From the NCBI GenBank assembly GCA_951406725.2, contig OX597818.1, positions 50,530,001 through 50,594,000 of the forward strand: a DNA stretch of 64,000 bases, written 5' to 3'. The stretch's first letter is position 1, and each line of letters begins with the position of its first letter. The DNA comes from Octopus vulgaris (Eukaryota). The notes under the pieces are model-generated. The model did no database searches. It saw only the letters and a program-made list of their open reading frames with translations, and had not been told where the DNA came from. Shown piece after piece: positions 50,413 through 64,000 of the stretch. Both the position numbers and the translations under genes were made by a program.

Positions 50413-51501
50413 TATTATAATTATATTAGAAGTGAAACAGCAACAGCTTGGCTTAATCTATTCTGAATGCAACTTTTAAAGTTTAAAGACTTAAAGCTTA
50501 GAGCAAACTAGTTACCATGGGAGTATTGATAGATATATAAGTCTATGGTTTAACCATTAAGATATCACTAACGTTGATTGATATTCACTCTCGAAATTAC
50601 TTACTCTTGGTCTGTTAATAGTAAAATTGTAGACTGAACTGGTAAGTAGCAAACTTTCAAATCAATACGTCATCAAATTCAAATTAGCTTCTGGAAATTA
50701 GGAAGCTGTAAATTCAAATATTATCATACTTAACATAATAATCTCATAAGCATCAATAACTCAGATCCTCGTCACAGTGATAATGATACAGAAGACAGCT
50801 TTACAATTCACAGGAAAAGACTGAGGGATACAAATGTTAAAAGGTTGATATTGTATTGAATTATATAAGGAGAAAATAAAACAAAATCGATAAATCTCTT
50901 GCAATACTATTATCCCTGAAGTCTTGAAGTTAACTGTTCTTCGGAATTTTAAGAAAATGCATGTATTTTTAATGTTAAAAAGAAACCAGAAAATAATGAA
51001 AGTGGTGAGACGTTTCGGAAGTTAAACATCGGTACTAAAAGGAAACTACCGTTTAATATTTCTTTGTGGAATGAAAAATCGTTTTTTAAGCTGTCCGTTT
51101 TCTTAAAATATTTTAACGATTTTTTTTTCTCTGAAACCTTATCAAGTGATATTTATCTTGGAAAGATCAATATTTTGGTGTGGTTTTCTGTCGTCAGTCT
51201 GTCTCTTCATAAATGCATTAGGTTCCTGAAATAAAATCGCAAAGTTGGTGAAATTTAAGCGATCATCTTGAAAAACGAAAATGATGATCTGAAAATTTAA
51301 CTATTATTTTCTTAAATGGCATGATGAGGCAGAGTTTTGGTACAACTCACATCTGCTAAGGAAAGCAAGGTAAAATTTATTTTTGATGTAAACAGTTAAT
51401 CATAAGTTTGAAGAAGGAATGGAAATGTCTATTCTCTATATTGATAAAATATTTCAACAATTAATGTTATTGGACCTACTTGTCTTAAGATTTTTAAATA
51501 T

Positions 51502-51965
<464 letters not shown>

Positions 51966-52019
51966 GAATCTTTAGAGACAGCTTCTATTTCCTCACTACT
52001 TGGATGAGCCACGGTTTTA

Positions 52020-52215
52020 TCTCCTCTCTCTGTCTCTTTCCCGCTTTCACACCCCTTCTTATGCTTCTTATATATTTTTTCTTCTGATGAAAGACTAACA
52101 TCCAAACGTTAAGACAATTTTCCGTTCTTTCCAACCGTTAAACAAACATATTTGTTAAACCCGTTTCTCCCGTGTTGTCTTTTGCATTCTTGGTTTTTGT
52201 TCATTGCTTTCACAA
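52020..52215 (+). mobile_element. Old pLTR-like fragment with degenerate HHR (52080-52114)
   Basis: TCTT-CTGATGA-AAGACTAACATC-CAAA-CG-TT-AAGA; layout like 25505-25718. Confidence 0.45.
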
Positions 52216-53134
52216 AATACACACACTCTTGCACGCTCAAGTCAAAAACGCACATACTAATTATTGAATGACAAAGGAGCTATTATGTAATACATTCGCA
52301 TATATATCATATATATGTGAAATCCTACCGTATTTACATTTGACATGCTGAACCCATGTCATAGGTATATTACCTCAGTTTATATATGTGGGTATATTCA
52401 GGTGGAAATTTATTTGGAAACCTTCATATGGAAATATACCAGTACACGAAAATATCCTAAAATATTCAAATATTCTAAAGCAGTCATTTCCAAAGGGAGC
52501 GACATGACCTTATTGGATGGGAGCGATAGATTGTTTATCTATTTGGAATTTGAGTGAAATTTTCAATGGAAGAAATTTACAAAAAAAGTTTCAAAATAGG
52601 GTCCTGAGCACCTGAGAGAAGAGTTCCTAAGGAAACCATCGCCAAAAAGGACTGAAAATGGCTCTTTTAAAGTATTTCAGAGAGTGATATAAGTAAATGC
52701 TGTAAGAAAAAGTGCTTATCTTTGCTGTTTAAGTGTTCTAAAAGCGCAGGACAGACGTGAACTGTAAGCTATATTTTCCTGTCTATTCAACATAAAGATG
52801 ACGGACTGTTTTTAAGTATTAGAAAAGCTAGATAAAGGAAGATTTAGTCAGGAGAATTTATAGATGTTTATTGCCAAAAATACAGAGCAATTAAATTATA
52901 CACGAATAAAAATATGCAGATTGAGTTTAAATTTTAGCAATTTAAGCAGATGAGAAATTTAAGATACCCTGAACACACACACACACACATACACACACAC
53001 TAACACTAACACACACGCGTATATATCTATGCATACACATGTATATCTATGTATATACATATATGTGTATGCATGTGTGTATGAATGCATGTATTCTTGT
53101 ACGTATGTATATATACATACATACATACATACAT

Positions 53135-53167
<33 letters not shown>

Positions 53168-53178
53168 TACATACATAC

Positions 53179-53250
<72 letters not shown>

Positions 53251-53610
53251 TATATTTATACACACTGAATAATATACAACCCGTATAAAATGTTAACTTT
53301 ATAAATCTTTCTTTGAAAACGGAGCCTTCACTCTCGTTCGTAGTATCTGAAATTGAGCGGAGACACGCGCGAAGGAAATCACATGTTGAAAATTGAGAAG
53401 GAAAAAGGAATTATAAAACCAGATTTGAGAGAAAAATTATTCAATAATTTGATATCATGTCAGTGAAGGAATTGAATTATAAGACAAATGTTTTCATTGT
53501 TGGAAATCAATACCTGTAGGCATTACGTACAAATAATACACGTACATACACACGCACTTAAATAGATACATATATGCATACACACACAAACGAAAACACA
53601 CACAAATATA

Positions 53611-53803
<193 letters not shown>

Positions 53804-54179
53804 GCAGACAGATAGACAGACAAATACCTAGATAGATAGCTAGATACATAAATAGATAGACAGATACTTATACTTGCATAATGTATGCATGTGTGTATGT
53901 ATCATGTAGGTGTGTGTGTATATACATATATATATATATATTTACACACATAAATATTTACACACACACACACACACACATATGTGTGTGTGTATTATAC
54001 ATAAGTGTGTATGTGTGTGCATGTGTATATATGTTTTCTAACAAAGATATAAAGTGCTTCATCAGTGAAATGTAGACAACGAAAACGTCACATGCTGAAC
54101 TTGGGAAAAGTCTTCAATATTTTTACTGTTTTGTTTACAGATTGTATTTGTAATGTCTGTGTGGATGGTTGATTTCTTT

Positions 54180-54840
54180 TTATCCTTTCGGGGTCGATTA
54201 AATAAGTACCAGTTACGCACTGGGGTCGATGTAATCGACTTAATCCGTGTGTCTGTCCTTGTTTGTCCCCTCTGTGTTTAGCCCCTTGTGGGTAGTAAAG
54301 AAATAGGTTGATTTCTTTTCGTGAGAACCGTAGCTCTTCCACATTATCACTTAAGCGTTTATTCATCGAACCAAGGGCACCAATCTTACAAATGTACTCT
54401 TTACTCTTTTACTCTTTTACTTGTTTCAGTCATTTGACTGCGGCCATGCTAGAGAGACGCCTTTAGTCGAGCAAACCGACCCCAGGACTTATTCTTTGTA
54501 AGCCCAGTACTTATATTCTATCAGCTCTTTTGCCGAACCGCTAGGTTACGAGGACTTAAACACCAGTATCGGTTGTCAAGCGATGCTGGGGGGACAAACA
54601 CAGACACACAAACATATACACAACATACATACATAGACTCACACACACGCACACAAACACACATATATATATATATAGGACGGGCTTCTTTCAGTTTCCG
54701 TCTATCAAATCCACTCACAAGGCTTTCGTCGGCCCAAGGCTATAGTAGAAGACACTTGCCCAAGGTGCCACGCAGTGGGACTGAACCCGGAACGATGTGG
54801 TTGGTAAGCAAGCTACTTACCACACAGCCACTCCTGCGCT
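54180..54840. mobile_element. 5'-truncated SINE A (+, 54180-54305, flanked by GGTTGATTTCTTTT) and full SINE B (-, 54395-54840)
   Basis: Consensus matches and flanking direct repeat. Confidence 0.88.
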
Positions 54841-55439
54841 TATTCATAATCTGGATATAGAACCTAGAGTTTTCGAAGCAATTGTCTGCAGTTATCTTCT
54901 TTCTCTTTGACTTTCGAAGAGATATTCATAACTGCAGGGGAGATGATTTCTGTGACGTAACATATTTTTTCTTCTCTTTCCCCACCCCCAAACGATATCC
55001 GGCCTGCCATGTTTGGACTTAGTAAACGTTTTGATGAGTATGTTCTACCAATATTCATTGTACTGATGTTTTGTGTAAACATTATATCATATATTATATA
55101 GCATATTATACATTGTATTATATATTATATATCATATTATACATTATATTATATATTATTATCTAAACTTATCCCAGGACAGTCTTTTAACGGATGGCAT
55201 TGTATATTGCTTTAGTGACAAAGCCAAATCGCATTCGGAGGTAATACCTAGATGACGTTTTTGGGCAGCTATTGGTAAAACGTGTGAAGCCTTCCACAGA
55301 AAAATGTGATGTAATTGACATTTTCGGTTGCATCTTCGGGATCCAAGGGTTTTATTGTCCTTTGTTTATTAGGCATTTTGTACCAGTATGTATAGCTTTA
55401 AGGGTATCACGAAAGACCTGGTTGGAGGCCTAACCTTCC

Positions 55440-55587
55440 GGGTTCTTTTAGAAGGCTTACAAAAACTGAAGGACCTCTGCAATAAATGTGTGAATCTCAG
55501 AGGGGAATATGTTGAATAAAATCATAATTAACCGACCCACCTGTATTTTCTTTTACTCAAAACTAGGAACTTTTCGGCACTTCCTCG
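55440..55587 (+). mobile_element. Mariner 3' end of a second family
   Basis: EGLQKLKDLCNKCVNLRGEYVE*, then TIR-like GAACTTTTCGGCACTTCCTCG-TA. Confidence 0.75.
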
Positions 55588-56582
55588 TATGCATTTGTGT
55601 ACATACACAAAACCTGGAACATTTTTGATCAAAAGTCTGCTTAATCACAGTAGACTTGTGGCTAAACAATGAGGACCGCACCAGCTTAGATACCTTTTGA
55701 TATTGCGCTATTGATGTTGTAAAGCCATTGATCTTCTCCAATCGGACAGTCCTATGATCAAAGTCTTTCCAACCATAACAATCCCATCTTAATCAGCATA
55801 AGAATATATATCCAATGAGTTATTCTCTCTCTTTTTATTTATTTTAGCACGGGAAAATTAGCTGTTATTTCTAGCTAGCCGAGCGACCACCTAAACATAG
55901 GCATCCATACTGGATCGGTTTGTTATTGTTGTTGCTTTTATTTTCTCCCAAGTGAACCTTAATCAAGAAAACCTATAATCAGCTGAATCTCAGTAATCAC
56001 CATCTTGTATTTTCAGGCATAGTATATCAAGGATTCTATTATCCTGTGTGACCATCGCCTCCGCTACTCTATCTGACAGACCGGCTGTCTTCTTTATTGC
56101 TCAATCGCGTTATCTTAATTTATTATCGCTGACACAGAAACCTAATTGTCAATCTTCTCCCTTTTCTCCCTTTCTCTTCCTTCTTCCCCTTCTCCTGCTC
56201 CTTCCTCTCCCTCTTGTCTTCAATCTCTTCTCTGTGATATTGGAATCTTTGCCGTTTGAACACGATTCTTTCAATTTAGGTTAACAGTGCCGGTGTAGCT
56301 CAGGTGTTAACTGCTTTTGCGCGACACACAGACAGCAGCACACACAAACACACACACGTATTGATGACTCAGATACACGAACATGCTTGCGCTCACATGA
56401 AAACATACACTGACACACACTTAAATGCACATATATGCACAAACAGACACAGTCACAGAAGCATGCACTTACGCATACGCTCGCAGCAACATGCTTACGT
56501 AGACTCGAAAGCATACACCCACGCACACACTCGAATAAACACACACACATACACACACACACAATAAACATTGGAGCCGCAT

Positions 56583-56691
<109 letters not shown>

Positions 56692-56753
56692 TATACATAT
56701 ACATATATATGTATGTATGTATGCATGTATGTATGTATGTATGTATCTATCTA

Positions 56754-56789
<36 letters not shown>

Positions 56790-56963
56790 GATGTATATAT
56801 ATATATATATATAAATTATTGTGTCTGTTTTAATGCCTTATTAATTAACACACCGGTCGATTTCCACTGATTTACTTATTTATTATGACTCTCCCCAGAC
56901 ACAATAAATTATGCTTCAACACACGAATTCACATAAAGAATCTTGCGAACCAAATACAAAAAC

Positions 56964-57054
<91 letters not shown>

Positions 57055-57962
57055 ATGTGTATATATATATATATATATATATTAGAAGAAATGAGGTACT
57101 CAGAAAATCGGATGGTTTATATTTACAGATATTTATTTGTATATTACATTTTTTTATATATCATATAACTTATATCATGTATTAGCGCTTTCTCCCATGC
57201 ACACACACATAAACACACACACAAACCCACACACAAATACACACACGCACACAAACACACACACACGCACATAAACATACACACACACATATGTGTGTAT
57301 ATATAGTGGCGAGATTATCAATCCGGGCGAAATGCTTCATAAGCTTTCTGTTTGCACACCTGGCTAATAATATTGTTTAAACTAGTGAAGAAGTCCAAGT
57401 ATTCCCATGGTAGGGTGCAAGGTTCATCACAATTCTATATTGTAAATCTGTAATTGGACTCCAGACAGACTTGTTTATTCCACAGAGCGGTATAAGACAA
57501 GTTATAGGTAATGGTCATTACATATTTTCCCTTTATTAGAGTAAATTTGACTTACATCTGTTTCCAGTAATCATTATAGGCACGGTACTGATAGATTTAC
57601 TCTATTTATCAGTTGAGAAAAATTGAATGACCTAAAAGAATTAATGCTACTTTTGTCAGAGCCATTTCTGGTTATAACATGCAAAACAATTAGCTATATA
57701 TATACTAGCTTAAAAGCCGCCTGATATGGCGGCTTTTAAGCTAGCTTCTATGGAGAGCTTTTTATTGGGCTTTGGTCCCAATATTGGCACTTCATGCATT
57801 CAGTACATATTAAATTTTATTAAACGTGATCAATATTTTTCAAGCAATGAACAATTTTCATCAAAACAATCATATAATTTGTCGACATTGGAACTTATTG
57901 CAAAACTGCATGCTAAACATTTTTGCCTTCCTATTCGGGGTTCAGTACAATCATTTTTCTAG

Positions 57963-57999
<37 letters not shown>

Positions 58000-58019
58000 A
58001 TCTATCTCCTTCTCTCTCC

Positions 58020-58050
<31 letters not shown>

Positions 58051-58458
58051 CCTTCTCTCTCCCCCTCTCTCTTTCCGTTGATTGTTGTTAACCATCACCT
58101 GTACCACCACCCTCGCCACCACAACTGCCATACACACACCATTTAGACTTCTGATGCCTTCCCCTCTACCACCATCACCACTGCCTTTCACATCGCTTAC
58201 CATCACCGTCAACCCCGACTGCCTCAGCTACTAGCACCACCATCATCACCGTCGCCCCTACCTCTATCACAACTAGAGCTCACACTATTACTATCACCCC
58301 ATTACCATCACAACCATCAATCTACTACCACCCTCGTCTCTATGCCTACTATTACTCTCACTCCAATATGAGGAATAGTAAAAGTGTCATTGAATAGTGA
58401 GTGAGAAGGTCAAAGTGTGACACACTGACACACAGAAATTCATTTTGGCATTTATTAC

Positions 58459-58509
<51 letters not shown>

Positions 58510-58511
<2 letters not shown>

Positions 58512-59108
58512 TATATTTCTTTATAGCCCACAAGTGGCTAAACACAGAGGGAACAAACAAGGACAAAGGGATTAAGTTGATTGCATCGACTCCAGTGCGT
58601 AACTGGTACTTAATTTATCGACCCCGAAAGGATGAAAGGCAAAGTCGACCTCGGCGGAATTTGAACTCAGAACGTAGCGGCAGACGAAATACCTATTTCT
58701 TTACTACCCACAAGGGGCTAAACACAGAGAGGACAAACAAGGAGAGACAAACGGATTAAGTAGATTATATGGACCCCAGTGCGTAACTGGTACTTTTTTA
58801 ATCGACCCCGAAAGGGTGAAAGGCAAAGTCGACCCTGGCGGACTTTGAACTCAGAACATAACAGCAGGCAAAATACCTATTTCTTTACTACCCACATGGG
58901 CCTAAACACAGAGAGGACAAACAAGGAGAGGCAAACGGATTAAGTAGATTATATGGACCGCAGTGCGCAACTGGTACTTATTTAATCGACCCCGAAAGGA
59001 TGAAAGGCAAACTCGACCTCGGCGGAATTTGAACTCAGAACGTAGCGGCAGACTAAATACCGCTAAGCATTTCACCCGGCGTGCTAACGATTCTGCCAGC
59101 TCGCTGCC
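58510..59108 (-). mobile_element. Head-to-tail multimer of SINE family A (one head, three bodies of ~180 bp)
   Basis: Repeated junction GAAATACC|TATTTCTTTACTACCCAC. Confidence 0.88.
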
Positions 59109-59541
59109 TTTCTGCCATATACATATAAGTACGTTTTCGCAACGATCATTGACATTATAAATGCAAGCACCCACATATACACCACTAACAGAGTACATAG
59201 ATACACACTTATACCCACACATTCAAATATGTACGCACGTTCAAATATTTTAAAAGTACGCTCACCTATACAATTACACAAACGTACACTACGAGTGGTC
59301 GTCATTCACTCAGGTTGCTAAAGATAGAGGCAACGCATGTGGAAATATATACACTTATACAAGCGCAAATAAAGACAACTCATGAAAATTACAGACATAA
59401 GCATACACATATATACTAAACAATACAAACACACACATACACACACTAATAAACACACACGCACAAACTGATACACACACTGATACACATGTATGTGTAA
59501 TAAAACATCTAAATTTACATGCAAATGCACAAACACACACG

Positions 59542-60035
<494 letters not shown>

Positions 60036-60402
60036 GCAACCCCGTCATATACGTACAAATCCATGTACGTAAGCATGTATGAACGAGCATACGTCCCACA
60101 TAGCTTTTTTCAATGGAAGAAAAAAAAAATCCATGCTATGACATAGTATTGAACTAAAACAGGAAAACTTTGATAAAAAGTGCAGGAAATAGTACTGAAA
60201 GCTTAATGTCCCAGAAATACATATTATAGATCTGTCTAAACGTCATGATCACCTCATCAACCCATTAACCGACCTACATTATTTAACTCTCTGTCTGCCT
60301 GCTTGTCCGTAGGTCTGTGTATTCGACTTGTAAGTCATTAACAATTCCGTCTCTTATTATCGTTCTTTGCATTTTTGTCATCTGTTTTTGCTTTATAATA
60401 TA

Positions 60403-60801
60403 CTAGCAGTATCGCCCGGCGTTGCTCGGGTTTGTAAGGGAAATAACTATATAAGCATTATTAGAGAGTTATAGCCAAAAAGTAGCAAAAAAATGCTTTA
60501 AAAATGGAAAAAAAATTATGGTAATTTTTTTTTTTAAATCGTTGACTCATCGTAGACATTTTTAGAGAGTTACTTCCCTTATATAATAGCGAAAAAAATG
60601 CATTAAAATGGAAAAAATGATGGTAATTTTTTTTTAAAATCGTAGACTCATCGTAGACGCGCGCTAATACGCAGAAGGGCTTGATATGAATCACGACTAT
60701 AAGATACCCGCTTTTGGTTAAACTGCACCGGAAAATGTGGGAGTAGTTAGGAATCTAAATCGTAGGAGACAGACACACAACTTCTCTTTTATATATAAAG
60801 A
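60403..60801 (-). mobile_element. Non-autonomous Helitron with internal ~110-bp duplication
   Basis: 5' TC, 3' hairpin CCCGAGCAACGCCGGG then CTAG, A|T site; paralog of 19612-19913. Confidence 0.8.
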
Positions 60802-60864
60802 TTGTGTTATGTCCGCTTCATTTTCAACTCGTCTGTCGTTAACTCAATACCGTAATGTATAAAT

Positions 60865-61074
60865 ATTCTTTTATTCTTTTACTTGTTTCAGTCATTTGAC
60901 TGCGGTCATGCTGGGGCACTGCCTTTATTCTTTGTAAGCCTAGTACTTATTGTATCTGTCACTTTTGCCGAACCGCTAATTTACGGAGACGTAAACACAC
61001 CAACATCGGTTGTCATGCGATATTGGGGGCACAAATACAGACACACAAAACACACAGACACACTCACACACACA

Positions 61075-61129
<55 letters not shown>

Positions 61130-61195
61130 GCACGCACGTACGTATCCGACGGGCTTCTTCCAGTTGCCGTCTAACAAAACCGGTCACTAGGCTTT
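60865..61195 (-). mobile_element. SINE family B, partial
   Basis: Tail and core match. Confidence 0.8.
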
Positions 61196-61445
61196 AATCG
61201 TTGCGTCTTGTAACCTTTTCAATAGTCGTTGACTTGTCCGTTATCCGAACAGCTCGGATAACGGAAAAGGTTGAAAGATGCAACGAAAAGTTTGGAAAAA
61301 TTAAAGAAGTAAATGAGTGGAAACTGAACTGTTGAGTGTATTAAATAATAAGGTACTAAAAGAGAATGATTATCTCCGGACACGACAAAGTATGCTTCAT
61401 CACACAAACTCATATATAGAATCTTGCAAACCAAATCCCAGAACG

Positions 61446-61474
<29 letters not shown>

Positions 61475-61481
<7 letters not shown>

Positions 61482-62966
61482 ATGACTGTTTTATCATCTG
61501 GAAGGAGAACATCGACAAATTTTTGGATTTCAAAACAACACTAAATGACAAAAATAGTAACATTCAATTCACAATGGAATATAACAAAGAACAACTTCGA
61601 TTTTTAGACATAATGATAAAAAAAGTTAACAATGAAATCATAACTGAAATTTATTATAAACCAACTGATTCAAAACAATATCTTCGTTTTAACTCATGCC
61701 ACCCGAAACACATAAAAATGAACATCCCTTTTAACTTAGCAAAAATGATCTGCACAATAGTGTCTGATAGAACTATCGGGGTCTTCGTCTTCAAGACCTC
61801 AAAACAACACTTATTGAAATACAATATCCACCCTCTCTTATCGACGAGGGAATTAAACGTGCCAAAGAATTAGACACAAAAACACTAAGAACAAAAAAAA
61901 ACATAGCACCACACCTCAAACCAAAACATTACTTTTTATATCAACACACAACCCCAGAAACAGTGAGGCATTCAACACTATTGTGCAAACTCTCCCTTTA
62001 CTAACTAGAGATCCAAAAATGAACGACATCCTGAAAACACACAAACTCATCAAATGCAAAAAACAAGACAAATCGCTAAAGAGACTACTACCAAAGCGAA
62101 GCTTTACAAAACAACCACGAAACCAACGGTTGAAAAGTGTGGACGCCGAACTGTGGAACCTGCCCCAACCTGCTTGAAGGCTCGGATTTCCTTTTCAAAC
62201 AAGGACAGAGGTTCACAATTAAAACTAGTTTCACCTGTGCCTCTGAGAACCTAATTTATGTAATAACCTGCTCGGGTTGCGGTCATTAGTACATTGGACA
62301 AACGAGTTTAACTTTGAGAAAGAGAATCACTCTACATAAGGAGCCAATCCGTTTCCAGCAATACAAATTCCTCTCAGTGAACTCATAGAAAAATGTGCAG
62401 GTAAAATCAAACCAAATTTCACAGTCTTCCCTTTCTACCAGTGCAAAGACGCAATCTCTCAACTAGAACGTTTAAATAAAGAAACTTTTTTCATTGAAAA
62501 ATACAAAACACGTCTTAATATGCACGCATAACCAACTTTTATATTTTTACATATTCCATTCAAGATTACATCACTGTACATAAATCCCCTACTAAACAAG
62601 GTTTTTTAAAACCTGTCTCTTTTCTGTACACATATTTAATCCCCACCCATTACCGAAAGATGAACAGTTATCTCACTTACAACAATAACAATAATAACAA
62701 CTAATTACTTCCCTTTATTTGTCTACTTATGAAGTCATTCACTCGTGAATTTTATCACACACAACATGGAATGAATTTCTTCTTAAGAAAAAATATATAT
62801 TCAAATAAATTAAACATAATATCATGAATAGAGATAGCGAAACCGGTCGATATATTAAAAATTATATTAAAACCATGTAAGTGTGCGTATTTTCCTCTTT
62901 TAATTTCTTATATACATTACAACCCACAACGTGGGGACAATCGAAATTCCTCTTTTCTGTTACTAC

Positions 62967-62970
<4 letters not shown>
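61475..62970 (+). mobile_element. 5'-truncated Penelope-like retroelement (RT C-half, Cys linker, GIY-YIG endonuclease; frameshifted; Neptune-like) plus 3' pLTR
   Basis: YMDDCFIIW..IQFTME..LRFLDI..YYKPTDSKQYLRFNSCHP; KCGRR/CGTC linker; TCASENLIYVITCSGCGH*YIGQT..LRKRITLH. Confidence 0.92.
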
Positions 62971-63012
<42 letters not shown>

Positions 63013-63043
63013 ATATCATATATATACACACACACACACACAT

Positions 63044-63105
<62 letters not shown>

Positions 63106-63131
63106 TAACAGAATGAGATAAAAATCCAAGG

Positions 63132-63459
63132 CTGTGAAAGATTTCAGAACATTAATAAAGAGGTCTTACAGCTGTTTCCGGGATATTTTATATATTCCAT
63201 CATCGGAGACGGTGTGAGAAAATGGTTAAGGAATCTTATATGTATACCACCCTGCTTAAATAATGGAACTGTAGATACAATATCCTTGCATATCTCACGT
63301 CTGTTTTCATTCCTCCACTTCACTCTGTATTTCATATCTTCTCTAGAATAACTATTGCTTAACCATTTTCTCATACTGTTTCCGATGAAGGGATATATAC
63401 AATATCCCGGAAACAGCTGTAAGACCTTCTCTTTATAAATGTTCTGAAATCTTTCACAG
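63132..63459. mobile_element. Fold-back element with a hammerhead on each strand (63163-63210 -, 63378-63425 +)
   Basis: ~100-bp inverted arms, each GT(C/T)T-CCGATGA-stem II-GAAA-CAGCTG-TA-AGAC. Confidence 0.75.
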
Positions 63460-63572
63460 GCGCAGGAATGGCTGTGTGGTAAGTACCTTGCTTACCAACC
63501 ACATTGTTTCGGGTTCATTCCCACTGCGTGGCACCTTGGTCGAGTGTCTTCTGCTATAGCATCGGGCCGACC
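63459..63572 (+). mobile_element. SINE family B 5' fragment
   Basis: GGCGCAGGAATGGCTGTGTGG head. Confidence 0.8.
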
Positions 63573-63598
63573 ATTTCTTTTGCCCTTGTTTATAAGTG

Positions 63599-63663
<65 letters not shown>

Positions 63664-63874
63664 GAGAGGGAGAGAGAGAGAGAGCTACATACATACATAC
63701 ACACACACAAATTTGGACCAAACTTCGAAGTCATTGTCAATAATATTCTTGTTTAAGAATAATACAATCTTACTCTACAAGAGTATAGAACAACCCATCA
63801 TATTAATGTGAAATTGTTTTTACTGTAACTGAATATAAAAAGAAACATTAACATATATATATACGTATAGATAG

Positions 63875-63961
<87 letters not shown>

Positions 63962-64000
63962 TAGAGGCAAAGAGACAGAGACAGAGAAAGAGAAATGATG

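Noticed and set aside
61317-61470. Upstream extension of the Penelope ORF across (TA)n
   Set aside because: 61360-61450 matches a separate repeat at 56880-56970 and has no RT motifs

Overview
AT-rich, microsatellite-dense eukaryotic genomic DNA. The SINE families and (TA)n/(TATC)n load suggest a coleoid cephalopod such as Octopus (inference). Almost all ORFs in the track are microsatellite or SINE read-through. The window is a transposon graveyard: several tRNA-derived SINE families, CR1-like and Tx1/L1-like LINE 3' ends, non-autonomous mariner, Tigger/pogo and Helitron elements, a decayed Chapaev3-like transposase, and a 5'-truncated Penelope-like element (RT + GIY-YIG). The main hidden signal is roughly 18-20 type-I hammerhead ribozyme (HHR)-like motifs, intact to degenerate, in short non-coding Penelope pLTR-like units. 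Many of these units abut (TA)n and form fold-backs. Two 275-330 bp elements carry one hammerhead per strand, and one motif family has a compensated U3-A8 core. A tentative 3-exon, minus-strand gene for a small secreted peptide is also proposed. Coordinates were read by eye and repeat boundaries are approximate.
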